Source: Octopus vulgaris (Eukaryota). Taken from it: 64,000 bases of DNA. This document shows, in pieces, positions 25,690-39,382 of this stretch. A program made the position numbers and the translations under genes. Location of the stretch: positions 48,670,001 through 48,734,000 of the forward strand of contig OX597820.1 of NCBI GenBank assembly GCA_951406725.2. The letters are read 5' to 3'. How positions within the stretch are numbered: position 1 is the stretch's first letter; each line of letters starts with the position of its first letter. The notes under the pieces are model-generated. The model did not search any database. It worked only from the letters and a program-made list of their open reading frames with translations, and had not been told where the DNA came from.

Positions 25690-27800
25690 AAATGTGAAAA
25701 CGAGGAATTAACATATCTTCAACCTTGGGAGAGAAGTGCTCTTTAGTTCTCCACTTATGAATCTCATTTCAAAAACGAGTACTCTACCGAGAACCCATTT
25801 CCGAAGAAAGTTAAAATCCACAAATACCATTCGCAACTGATTAAATTATATGGAAATTATAGTCACCAGTACCGTAAGGACAATTCAAGACGACTTTGAT
25901 TACAAAATAATCAACCTAAATGAATCGAAGTTTTCACTCCAACTGGGCTGAACTTTCTCCGAAACCGAAGACATTCCCAACGGATAAAAAATATCAATTA
26001 AAAAGGCAATTACAGAAAGAATCAAGCACAATCCAGAACAACAAATGTGCAAAATCAATACAAAAGGGGACAAGTTAACAGAGAAAATGTCCTCGGATAT
26101 GTAAATAATAACAAAAGGAAAACTTTGAAAAATTATTTTATAGATCTAACCCACAGAGTTCTCGGCACCAGATGATACAAATCGAAGAGAATTTAGCTGT
26201 CCAAAAAAGCTCTCTCGGTAGAAGAAATTGATATTTCGTCAAAAGACTTAAAATTTAACCCAACACCACAGCACCCTAATTGCAATAAAATACAGAACGA
26301 TATTTCACAGCTGCGTAGAAAACTACGCCTAACAGATGAATTGTACGATAAAGAAACCCGGAGTGAATCAATTGTGAGAAACAAGAGCAATTACAAGCCT
26401 ACGAAAGGTAAGAATAAACTTTTAGATAGGTTTTGCGATTTTATAGCTATCTTCCCTAACAAAGAACTTCCACACCCTAAAATCAAGCCCAGCACAAGTC
26501 GAAAGTTAAGGTATGTTATACATGAACTGAAAAAGAAAAGAATAACGACACTATAATCAAGGTGGCAGATAAGGGAAGTGCTATAGTTATTATGGATACT
26601 GAACACTACAAAAGAGATACAGTAATGACTGGGTTTGTGATGGTGACAAAAGTTGCTCCGATTTACGCCACTCTAGTCATGGCATACATGCCCGTCCAGA
26701 GATATGGACAATCTAAATTAATCTAGTGCTTGGACTTCCACAAATGTGAACCAGAAAACTGGAAAGGTTACTTAGATGACTGCCTAATCCTTTGGACGCA
26801 CACATTTGAACCACTTATTGATTCGAAAAATATAATCAACAACATAAGCAATGGTATCAACTTTACCATGGAATACAGTAAAACTCAACTACCATTCCTG
26901 GACATACTAAGCATCAGTAGAGATAAAAATATGGAAACCTATTCACTACAAACAAACAGATGTGAAACAATGGTTATTGCTCTGGTCATGCCATCCCAAA
27001 CACACGCAGAATAATATCCCCTTAATCTTGCAAGAAGAATATGCACAATTGTCTCAAAGCATAAAACGTGCAATAAAAGGTCCAGGAACTAAAACAAGTA
27101 TTACTTAAAAGAAAATATCCATTAATACTAATAGACAGCGGAATAGAATATGTCAAAGCAATAAATATCGAAGAACTACGAAAAACGCTTTAGATACATC
27201 CAATACTCTACCCTTTATTAAAATACACAACCCAAGAAGCACAGAGGTTTAAAATATTATATACCAGGACATCCCACTAAAAAAACAAGACTCAAGAATA
27301 AAACGAACATTCGAAATCCACAAAATCCACTAAAGTAAATGACAATGAAAGTCCCTCAAAAAATCCTCACAAGTGCTAAATTACCTTCCACAATTCCTAC
27401 ACCTACAATCAAAATGTATGGCTGTCCCATTTGTGGGACCTGATTCAACCTTTTTGAAAACACAACATACAAATTCAAATCAGGACAGACTTTTACCGCA
27501 AAAAATATCAAGGAATTTGATATACGCTATAAAATGTCAAAGATGTAATGAAGATTACATAAGTCAAACAAAGCTTACTATAAGAAATAGACTGACCATT
27601 CGCCAACAACAAATACGAGACCCCACACGAGACAGATTCCTCTGAGTGGACACATAGACATATGTTAAAAAAATAAGTCACCTAAATTCCAAGTCTTCCC
27701 ACTCTGCCTATGTTCAGCGAATACCACAGATGAAGCACGGATAAACAAAGAAAATATTTTCAGAGGAAAGTACAAGCCAAGACTTAACAAACTTTAACAG
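25690..27800 (+). mobile_element. Penelope-like retroelement (Neptune-like), decayed RT plus GIY-YIG
   Basis: DLKFNPTP, IIKVADKGSAIVIMDTEHY, TKVAPIYATLVM, WKGYLDDCLILW, INFTMEYSKTQLPFLDI, SCHPKHT.NNIP.NLARRIC, NLIYAIKCQRCNEDYISQT; multiple stops, frameshifts and an internal deletion near 26620. Confidence 0.93.
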
Positions 27801-28031
27801 AGTACTTACACAAATAACTATTCACACACAAAATTCGTTCTGCTACGTATCATAATGAAGCTATACGGCTAACAACCTAAACTTTAGCAATCAGACTACA
27901 TACAAACGAATCCTCTCCACTCTCCCACCAGACACATACAATTTGGAGTGCTTTGATTATAACTAAACGTGTTCACTCAACTTCTATTTTTCCTATATTA
28001 CTACACGTGTGTAGTAAAATAACTTTGTTTT

Positions 28032-28088
<57 letters not shown>

Positions 28089-28397
28089 GATAATAATAAT
28101 ATTACGGAGTATAACTACAAACTTACAGGAGTGATTATACTTTTAAATTGAATTGTTTTTGGATTAAATTTAAATTTAATTGTAATTCGAATTGAAGTTA
28201 TAGCCACGAAAAGTATATAGTCTTTTTACTTATATGTTTATTCATTGTTATGTACTTTTTGTGATCTAGATATATGTTTTACAATATATTTCATTTTTTG
28301 TATATGATATGGTTTATGTCTATCATTGCTTGAATTACATAATAGTGTTTTTTTCTCTAATTTATATATATCATATATATATATTATATATTTATGA

Positions 28398-28448
<51 letters not shown>

Positions 28449-28490
28449 TACATTTATACATGTGCATATATATATATATATGTATGTATG

Positions 28491-28586
<96 letters not shown>

Positions 28587-29037
28587 TAAACACATTCTCA
28601 CAAATACATCAATGCATATACATAATACACACATACATAACACATAACGTTGATATACTTTACTGGATGTTTGCGGTTTATCGGCAGTAAGTAGCCATTA
28701 TGGACTTGTGTTTGCTTTGATAGTGGATATCTGCTGCTGATGAAGAGTAAACACACTTTTAGCAACGATGCCGCTATCGCTGGGCACCTTTGTATCTGGT
28801 ACTTATATTTCTAAACGTTTTAGCACTATACGTCTACACAATATAGTTTCTCAAGGCGTATACAGCATTATTATTGCGTTCGTAAATTATAAGAACGTTA
28901 TGCAAGATATAAAGATGGCTATTAGGTTAATACTGATTCCGTCGTTAATAACCCTGCTCTCACTCTTTCTCTCTCTCTCTATCTCTCTCTCTCACTCTTT
29001 CTCCGACACACTATCTAGCTATCTATCGATCTTTATG

Positions 29038-29082
<45 letters not shown>

Positions 29083-30490
29083 CGCATAAACACACACTCA
29101 CACACATATATTTATAGATGGATGTATAAATAAAAAGATAAAAAATTATATCTTTTCTGACGATAAAAATCTGCCACCGTCTTTCATTATATTCAGATAT
29201 ATCAAGTTATAAATCATTCATGCCTCCTGTTCATGTAAAGGGAAATGGTGGGGATAAACCTCATGAAGATATGATGATGACATACCGACAAAGTAATTGA
29301 TATTTCTGTCGTCGAAGAAAACAAAAATAAAAACGCAAACGAGAGCATTGTCGTTTTTTTTATACTCGGGACCTTAATGGTTGTGTTTAAAAACCGTATA
29401 TTGTTGGATTGTGACGGGTTTGGCTAAATAGCTTTCAAGTGAATTAGCTGTATAGAAATGTGAAAGGTTAGTTGATATCAGTATTTATAATATGAGTTAA
29501 ATTATGCCTGCCTGCTTGATGACACGAGGACATATCTGTTTCAATGTGTAAGGTATATTTTTGAATATACCAAGCTCTTTGTTTAACTTGTATGTTTAGT
29601 ACTCGACTTACCAAATTGTGTAAATCTGTATTTACATCTTAAATTATGTATGCACGCATTTATATCTACAGGTACATATGTATATGGGATAATGTGTCTG
29701 TGTGTGGGGATTATGCAGCCATTTAGACACACGCCCAGACAAACAGACACACACACATTCACACACACAAGCAGCTTGTCACGCTATCATTTTCCATTGT
29801 ACCGTCTGTCTGTTACCTTTGCTTTCTGTATTTCCGTGTGTTTACTTGCGCTAGTTCCTCATAATATTCTAACAAATATTCCATACCACTTCTCCATGTT
29901 CGATATAATATTGCACCCGCAACCTTAATGACATCTAGAAAAGGGTAATTTACCTAGTAGAGAAAGTATTAAAGAATACTTTGAGATGAATTACGAAACA
30001 TAGGTGAGAGTCTTATTCTAGTAGTTCGCCACAGTTTTAGTTTCCTCTTTCCGTTTTACTGAGAAATCCATTAATATTTTGTAATATCCGTGTAATATCC
30101 GCTACGTTATTCACACTTGTAGCAATTAAACAATTTATTATCATTAGTTTTTTCGTTGATTTATGTTACTGGTTATATATCCAGTTTAATTATTTTCTCT
30201 GTCTAACCACATCTCTAGAGTAGAGCTGAGGAACATTTTGTAATTTTGAAATATATGCAATTTTCTGTTTTACGTATATATTTTTACTTTGCATTGAGAA
30301 CTATCGGGTCATGTGTTAGGTAACGACTCGCTATAACATTATTACCCCTATTAAACAATCAATAATATTATTTCATTGTATAGTATGATATAAAATAATA
30401 TATTTTGTTGTTTCTTTTTCTGCATAGGGCCACTGTAGGAACAAAATGGCTTACTGACTACAGACACATATAGGATAAGTGAAATACTGA

Positions 30491-31580
30491 ATGTTCAGTT
30501 CAAAACATGTTTCCATAACTCCGTTGGAACACTTGCAAATAGCTATGCCTGATGAGTTCTTCGGCATCATATCTCTACTCAAACAGGTGGCAGTTATGGA
30601 TTACATCGAAATAGAGGAAACTGATGAAATATCAGCCATTGATGAAATGAAATTGAACTCAGCCACTGTCTCTTATGGATTCCCAGAAATCCTAAAGAAA
30701 TGAGGGGGATCTAGGAAGACCACCATAGATACTCATTCAAAGTTTTCTTGCAACTAGCAGCCTCCCCAGAAAGTTAAAAGAATGGATATGTTCTATCTAT
30801 AACGGAAGTAGCAGAGCGGATGCTGAAAATTATAAGCTTGTTTCTCTAACTTCACATGTGAGAAAAATAATGCATTGTCAGGAGGAAGCCGATCGCGTTC
30901 CTAGAAGATAATGCCTTGTGCCCTCACATTCAGGATCACTTCTGCTCAGGAAGAAACTGCCGCATGTAGCTTTCGCAATATTATGACTAGGTGTTGAAAC
31001 AACTAATGAGTCGGTCAATCGTGGATGTGATGTACATCTATTTTGCTAAGGTATTTGATAAACTAAATGGTGGAATAATATGTGTCAAGCTACAGAAACC
31101 CGGCATAGTAGGAATACTGTGAAAGTGGTTACATGATTTCTCACAAAAACAGGAGGCAGTAATATCGAATAGAGTGTCCCAGGAAAGTGTCTCAGAGCCA
31201 ATGCTGATCATGGTAGCTAGTTCGGATATGCCATCAGTCACTCATACAACCACACTTACTAGATATACTGACGGCACAAATGTCGTACGAGCGGTCAAGA
31301 ACCCGTTCGATAAACCTAAATGCCATATACAAATGCAAAAAAGTTCCAACCATCCGCTATGAGCTAGTTAATGCTAACTTGGCACAATAAAGATACTTTG
31401 GTCCCAAAGGAGCAGTAATCTCAGATCCATTTACAGTACGTGAACTGAGGATCAGTATGAGAAACAATGCATCGTTTAACGTGTATATCATCAAGATGAT
31501 GGCAATGTGTAGGCAAATGTCCGGATGGATTCTGAGAACATTCAGAACAAGGGGCCAGGAAATTATGCTGGTTGAATGAA
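30491..31580 (+). mobile_element. CR1/Jockey-group LINE reverse transcriptase relic
   Basis: AIDEMKLNSA...GFPEILKK, AENY..VSLTSH, VDVMYIYFAKVFDK, RVSQESV (GVPQGSV), YTDGT (YADDT); frameshifted. Confidence 0.87.
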
Positions 31581-31863
31581 ACACAAAATGGCAGATCGCT
31601 AGGAAGGAGAGACACAAAAAAGAAAGAAGAAAGCAAAGGACCACTGATGAGGTCACAGAAGTGTGACGAAAGAACTCTAGCCGAAATATATTTAATATGA
31701 AATAAAACTGAAGCAAGCGAACACCGAATAAATAGTGTGTGTGTTTTCATTGTCTAAAATTGGCAACATGACCATCCTCAAAGACAACAATATCTGTTTC
31801 AACTCGCGAGTCTACATCACGAATCTTGCAAAACGAATACACAAACGTAAATGTTTGTATGTA

Positions 31864-31903
<40 letters not shown>

Positions 31904-31905
31904 TA

Positions 31906-32075
31906 TGACTGGCTTCTTTTAGTTTCCGTCTTACAAATTCGGTCACGAGGCTTTGGCCGGCCCGAGTCTATAGTAGAAGATATTTGTGCAAGGTGCCACA
32001 TGTCACACATTGGGACTGAAACTTGAACTATGTGGTAGGGAAGAAAGTTTCTTACCACACAGCCATGCCTGCGCC
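31906..32075 (-). mobile_element. SINE family B 5' half
   Basis: Minus strand GGCGCAGGCATGGCTGTGTGGTAAGAA head plus CORE-like box. Confidence 0.9.
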
Positions 32076-33015
32076 TATATTGTCTATAGTGCATGCCTGC
32101 AAAGAGGCACAGTACCACTGGTGTCAATCTCGACAGAAATACAGATAGAAATAGATCGCTGAGCTGAATGAATATTTTCCCTCCGAAAACATCTTGAAGG
32201 CGAAACTAATGTGCTGTAGTGTGTACCAAAGAATGATGGTTGTGACTGAGACACCCGACCCTCAGACATGAACATGGGAATATGGTTTCAGTTATTCAGT
32301 TCTGTTGATCGAACAACTCGATGCTCATCGTCGATATTGACGGTGGGACGATCATAATATTATCATTTCATGGTAGTGAATGTGTTATATATCTCTTAAC
32401 TCTTATCTTGAAATATAGCAGAAAATATTGTCGGAAGAGAGTGGTATGTTATAAGTTGGACAATTTAGATATCGAAAATGCAGCTGAAATCTATATCTAT
32501 TAGTGTATGTTCCAGATATCACTACTAATTACATGCTATTGCGAATAGCACTTGCTATAGATTTTCCATACTATCAGGGTATCATTTTCACACGTCGCTA
32601 TAGAGATATAATTTTCCCCTTGCATATTGAATGGATTTCTCGTAAATTTAACAATCCATCTTCAACCTCGCTTTCAAAAACACTCCTAATCACAAACGAA
32701 CACACACTTAAGCAACAGCGTCAGTACAACCAAACCACCACGTATGTACACACTCAAACTATAATCAAGCACATATATATATATAAGAAAAATTTTAACA
32801 TGTCAAAATTGAATTTCAAATTACAGAAATCGAATGGCGCTGCCTACCATTCAATGTGTTGCAGGCTTTTGTAACAACATACTGGTGTCAGAGTATGTGG
32901 TAAGATAATGATTATTATTCTTGTATCCACAGTTTGGTCCGTATTACTGCCATGGCCATCGCACCTTATTTTCGAGAATAGTGCATAACTGGATGGATTA
33001 CACAATATATATATA

Positions 33016-33518
33016 CCGTAAATCCTCGAGTATAATCCGCATTTCTTCCCCAAAATTTAAAGGTCAAAATCCCTAGTGCGTATTATATAGGAGGTAAAAA
33101 ATGAAAAATATTTTCGAAGCATTGTCCGAGTTTCTATTTGCAGTCCGGCAATATTTATTCAGACGCATTTTGTGATGACGGGCGCGAAAATACCTTAAGC
33201 TAAGCCTGAAAGCAATGAAGTCATAATAGAATCATCCATAACTTACAGTTAGCAACATTTATTAAAATAAAAGTATTCTGAACGCAGAATAACATATAAC
33301 AAAATCAATTTGCAAACATATTTACATTCCCATATAACAGTTAAGAACATAACCATTATTGTATTACACATGCGCGGAAGTGTTTGTTCGACTACGTGCT
33401 GCTGGCTTAATTACGCACGACTCAAGTTAGAGGAGTGCGCATTATATACAAGGTTTAGGTTTTTCAGAGGTACAACCCCCTAAAAATCCAAGGGCGGTCT
33501 ATACTCGAGGATTTACGG
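33016..33518. mobile_element. Tc1/mariner-superfamily (Tc2/pogo-type) MITE
   Basis: TIR CCGTAAATCCTCGAGTATA (19 bp perfect, 25 bp with 2 mismatches), TA on both flanks, subterminal GTGCG.ATTATATA repeats, no ORF. Confidence 0.93.
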
Positions 33519-34460
33519 TACTGCTTTACAAAGACTATATGAGGAACATTTGGCATTTATTTCTAGCAGGTTGGAGGGCGAGTTAGAGGATCAAATATTG
33601 GGCTCAGATAACAGAAAGGAAAAATAGTGTAAAATTTTCAGTTACCTCGTTAAATGAATGCTTAACATAGGACAATAATTTAATTACGATGGTGTATTGA
33701 AGATTTTCGTTGAAGCAGACATTAAACAGAATTAGAGATGCCTGGTTTTCACTTATGGTTTGCTTTCTAATAATAAAGTTGTCATAATGATAATGTTTGC
33801 TTGTTTCTTGCTGTTAATGGAGGTCACCCACTGTCTGGATGAAACTATTTGGAAATAGATATAAGCAATATATTAGCTGTTGTATATTCATTGTTACTAA
33901 GCCACAAACAAACATAGAAATTCTACATATATCTACGCGCATAAGAATTGGATGTGTAAGTGGATATGCTTTATAAATGACATCATGTAAATTAAATTGT
34001 GACCACATACCCACAGCCATACACATACGTTGGCATATAAGTGTTGCTTTGTTTACGTCCTTGTAACTTATCGGTTCAGTAAAATGAGAGCCATAGAGTA
34101 AGACCCAGGTAAAAAAAAAGCAAAAGAAATGTACAGGGGTTTACTATACTGTTCAAGGCGGAGCTGTAACATGGCCAAAGTCTAATGATTGAAAAAAGTA
34201 AGTTATAAATTAAAATGTACAAAATGTGCATTAAATTTTCTTTGTCTGAAGCAGAGTGGAACCTGATTAGATTGCACAAAAAAAAAAGACGAGTACGAAC
34301 CCAGTTTTAATCTGGTTGGGGATTTCGATCAAATGAATATAATCATATTATTTAAAAAAGAGCCGGGAGCCGAAATTTAATTATGAGCAAAAAACTTATA
34401 TTCAAGCACAGTCTCTGTGGGTCTATCTCTCTATCTCACACTCACCACTCTCTCTCACTG

Positions 34461-34538
<78 letters not shown>

Positions 34539-34631
34539 ATCTATCTATCAATTCAGCTCTCACACACTCTCTCTCTCTCAACTATATATATATATATATA
34601 TGTATCTATATATATAAATACATACATATAA

Positions 34632-34666
<35 letters not shown>

Positions 34667-34829
34667 TATATGTATATATATATACATATACATATATATA
34701 CATATACATACACATACAGACACACAGACGCACACACACACATATATATATGCATGTGTGTGTGTATGTGTGTGATATGCAAGCAAACACAAACTTGCAC
34801 ATAAATATATACTAATACGAATACATGTA

Positions 34830-35110
34830 TGCTTCCAGCAAAGTTTAGACCTGCTATTAAATGCAATCCAGTTGTTGGTAACAGCCTAATCGTTTGTGGA
34901 AGACGTGGCACAATCCTACTTTCTCGGGAATAGAAAACCTCTCGGTCAATATTTTCCGATATATAGTCTCTTTAAAACAATAGGATAAAGCACGAAGACC
35001 AATTGACATCCGCATATAACAAGACATGTGACGCTACGAGGCTACCAATTTGGCTCAACCAATGGTGTAAGATTACCTCATTAAACCACAGCTTAATTTA
35101 GAAGAATAAT
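34830..35110 (+). mobile_element. Possible PLE GIY-YIG relic
   Basis: KFRPAIK...NKTCD...YLIKPQLN resembles the PLE endonuclease end (KPxLN); heavily decayed. Confidence 0.4.
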
Positions 35111-35608
35111 TTAATAACCAAGGTGTTGGGAACAATATTAGTTTTAGCAGATATTAAACAGAATTACAGCTGTCAAAGTTTTACATTTTTTTCTTGTCAT
35201 CTTAGTAAGGTTGTTGATTTTTTTTAGTGTGATGTGTTCATGGAGTTCATCTGTTGTATGAATAACATTGTTTTTGGAATTAGATATTTATCCAATGGAA
35301 TATTAACAGCTTTATGTTCTCGGTGCAAACACACTGAGAAACAGGAAGAGAGAGAGAGAGAGAGCAGAGAAACAAGAAAGAGTGTCGGTGTGCGCGTGCG
35401 CGGTGTGACTGTGCGTTGTCTGCACAAGCATATATGTATATATATATATATAATTTGATGCATATATACATACACACACATACACACACACACATATATA
35501 TATATATATACACAATGTATATATGTATATATATATATATACTTCTACACACATACATATATTTGCATATATGTATATACATATATATGTAATTTGATGC
35601 ATATATAC

Positions 35609-35690
35609 ATACACACACGCACGCACATACACACACGCACGCACATACACACACGCACGCACATACACACACGCACGCACATACACACGC
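35609..35690. repeat. 18-bp minisatellite (ATACACACACGCACGCAC)n
   Basis: About 4.5 tandem copies read directly. Confidence 0.9.
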
Positions 35691-35875
35691 ATATTTATAT
35701 ATATAGTATGCACGCACACACATACACTTACACATACGCACACTCATGCGAGTGCACATATATAAGCACATACTTATGTTTCGTGTGAGTTCTAAGTTTC
35801 CGGTTTTTGGTTATCCTTTCTTTGTACATTGTGTTTCTATGCATAAATGTACATGTGTGTGAGAGCGAACGTGAA

Positions 35876-35917
<42 letters not shown>

Positions 35918-35955
35918 TATCTATGAATATCTATATTCACACATGTATATATATT

Positions 35956-35988
<33 letters not shown>

Positions 35989-36623
35989 ATGTGTGTGGTG
36001 TGTATGTGTGCACATGCGTTATTTAAATAAGAGTTATTATTTCTCAACGCAGTAAAAATTTAGTTCTCACTCTTTATTTCTCGCCGTTTATTCCATCAAT
36101 CATATTTTGGGCTGATTGATTTTATTTTACTTGATTTAATTTCATTTTTGCATATTTAAAAAAAAAAAAATATTCTCCCATTGTTATTTGAATCATTTTT
36201 CTTGCTTCTCCTGCAAAACATATACAGAAACGCTATAAATTAACATCCATAATCCTACATTAATATAAGAGTTATGTTCATACATACATTCTCACCCCTC
36301 TGCAAACACGTTCATGGATGTTATGCCCACAGTTATGCATTTTTCTACGTTCGTGTATATGTATATGTATGTGTATTTGATAGCGTCTATTTGAACGCAT
36401 GTGTGCGTGGGCATGGATATGTGTATCTAGGAGTGATCATTAGCACGCATAAACTCATATACACATGCATATAATATGTAATGAACACACGTCTACGTAC
36501 ACACACTCACACTCACACACACACATTTATATATATATATTATACATACATCATTATGTATACATGTATATATGTGGTCACCTGTATATCAATAGCTGTC
36601 TCTCTATCTTTCTATCTCTGAGC

Positions 36624-36682
<59 letters not shown>

Positions 36683-36773
36683 TAGACAAACATACATACA
36701 TACATACAGATGCAAACACAAAACGAACACGCACACACGACATGCATATGTATATATATATATATATACTTTG

Positions 36774-36808
<35 letters not shown>

Positions 36809-37553
36809 ATATGTATGTACGTACGTATGTATGTATGTATGTACGCACATTCATATTTATGTGTGTGTGTGTATGTCTGTGTTAGTGTGTGTGAGTGTCT
36901 GTGTATATGTATGCGTGTTTTTATATGGGTGAATGTGAGTAGGGATGTTTGTATTTCTATTGGATTGGGTTTTGCAATAAAGAAACACAAACCAAACAAA
37001 CGTAAAGTGATATGAATGAATACCTTGCTTTGAAACGTTGTTTTGGCAAAGTTTCAACGAAAATTGCTAATGATTCAGAAAATTTAAAAAGTGAACAAAC
37101 AATTATAGATTTTTTCTTGAATGGCTCAATGGCTAAAAAGCAGCGCTACTCTATGGTCATACATCACTGGCATATAAAAGTTTGGCGCTTTGGAGAAAAC
37201 CTTCGAAATATGAAATTTGAATTATTGTTTTGCTGGAGAATGCACGTCTGAATTTTGGAATGTCATCATTCAACGCCTTCTATAAATCTCTAGAATTACA
37301 CATAATCTTCATAAATTTTTTAAAAAATTATCGATATAATTAAGATAGTATATACACGTGCACAAACGCTGAAAAATATGTCGATAATAGTTAATTGAAA
37401 ATGCTTATATCGCTCAATCACATTATGCTAATTAATCCGCAGTATTTGAAATCATACACACACACGCATTAGCATACACAAATTCGTATGTATATATATA
37501 TATATATATATTATGTGTGTGAGTGTGTGTGGGGGCGTGTATATAGGTACACA

Positions 37554-37962
37554 CTTTTACTCTTTTATTTGTTTCAGTCATGTGACTGTGGACATGCTGG
37601 AGCACCGCCTTTGGTCGAGCAAATCGACCCCAGGACTTATTCTTTGTAAACTTAGTACTTATTCTATCGGTCTCTTTTCCCAAACCACTAACTGACGGGG
37701 ACGTAAACACACCAGCATCGGTTGCCAAGCGATGTTGGGGTGACAATCACAGACTCACAAACATACACACACACAGACATACACACATATACATATATAC
37801 GACGGGCTTCTTTCAGTTTCCGTCAACCAAATCCACTCACAAGGCATTGATCGGCCCGAGGCTATAGTAGAAGACACATGCCCAAGGTGCCACGCCGTGG
37901 GACTGAACCCGGAACCATGTTGTTCGTAAACAAGCTACTTACCACACAGCCACTCCTACGCC
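37554..37962 (-). mobile_element. SINE family B full-length
   Basis: Head GGCGTAGGAGTGGCTGTGTGGTAAGTAGC to tail GAAACAAATAAAAGAG. Confidence 0.95.
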
Positions 37963-38165
37963 TATGTATGTGGATGTGTACGTTTGTGTATATTTTCATC
38001 TATGATTCTTGATAACCAGTGTTGTTGTGTTTATGTCCCCGTAACTTTGTGGATCATCAAAAGAAGCAAATAGAGAAAGTACCAGGTTTAGTCGATATAT
38101 TAAACTAAAAGTTTTCAGCAAAATAAAACAGCATGACAGTAGGGAAATGAGTAAAACATTTGAGT

Positions 38166-38228
<63 letters not shown>

Positions 38229-38549
38229 TATACATATATAAAAGCAAGTTGTCTGTTTGTGTCACGTTGCCGTCAACGACTGTAAACGAACTTTTGTGAA
38301 ACTTTGCAAACATGCTAAAGTAACAACTAGTTTGTTACTAAGCTCATTGAAGTTTAATAAAACTCTATAATTAGATGGCAATGGCCCCTGGAAGGGATCC
38401 ACATATATAATTATTATCAGTCAAATGAAATAACCCATTTATTTTCTAATATCATTTGGCATAAATCAAGTTGAGTATGTTTATTTCTTAGTATTGAACT
38501 GTTTGATATATTTTCCCAATTTATCCAGTGCAACCCTTAAACAAGTAAA

Positions 38550-38708
38550 TAGTATTTACATTATTTGCATTATTTACAATTGACGGATATTTGTCCTCAT
38601 TTTGTTTGTTTTTCGAACCTGGGTTCTTATTCCCAATAAGAACCCAGGTTCGAAATATCACCCAGACACCTGATGAAGCCTGGAGGGTATATCAGCCGAA
38701 ACTTTGTG
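38550..38708. mobile_element. Head-to-head pair of family H hammerhead elements
   Basis: Palindrome TTTCGAACCTGGGTTCTTATT-CCC-AATAAGAACCCAGGTTCGAAA (38611-38655); left arm continues as the reverse complement of the family H tail (cf. 43845-43900), right arm continues into the hammerhead. Confidence 0.8.
38665..38708 (+). ncRNA. Minimal type I hammerhead ribozyme, decayed copy
   Basis: CAC-CUGAUGA-A-GCCUGG...UCAGCC-GAAA-CUUU-GUG. Confidence 0.65.
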
Positions 38709-38761
38709 CATGTATGTATGTATGTATGTATGTATGTATGTATGTATGTATGCATGTATGC

Positions 38762-38797
<36 letters not shown>

Positions 38798-39000
38798 CAT
38801 CGTAGTTTAAATTCTTAAACTATGTGGGGCGATCACTCCGGCACACTGTGTACTTGTTCAGGCAGCGTCGATTTGATAGGGGGAGTTAGAGAGTGAGATG
38901 ATATATTGTACGTCCATCTCATCCCTAAAAACAAAATGATTTGTGCAGGTCATTTAGCAAAGACAATCTTCCGTCGTCTTCGACGGCAAGTTCGTCTTAT

Positions 39001-39037
39001 ATACATACATATATACATAATACATACATACATATAT

Positions 39038-39121
<84 letters not shown>

Positions 39122-39176
39122 CATATATATAGACATATATAGATACATATACATATATATATATATACATATATAC

Positions 39177-39227
<51 letters not shown>

Positions 39228-39247
39228 CATATATTATACATATATAC

Positions 39248-39303
<56 letters not shown>

Positions 39304-39382
39304 GATAGATAGATAGATAGATAGATTGATAGATAGATAGATTGATAGATAGATAGATAGTTAGATAGATAGAGAGATATAT
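39001..39382. repeat. Compound (TA)/(TACA)/(GATA) microsatellite field
   Basis: Direct reading; representative of many such fields (e.g. 11949-12112, 14905-15340, 17838-17972, 28400-28586, 50420-50670). Confidence 0.98.

Noticed and set aside
28737-28775. CTGATGAAGAGT...ACTT possible hammerhead
   Set aside because: No GAAA after the putative stem II and no stem I partner.
30428-30480. Strong splice-acceptor-like site before the CR1 relic
   Set aside because: No canonical donor follows and no open frame of note.
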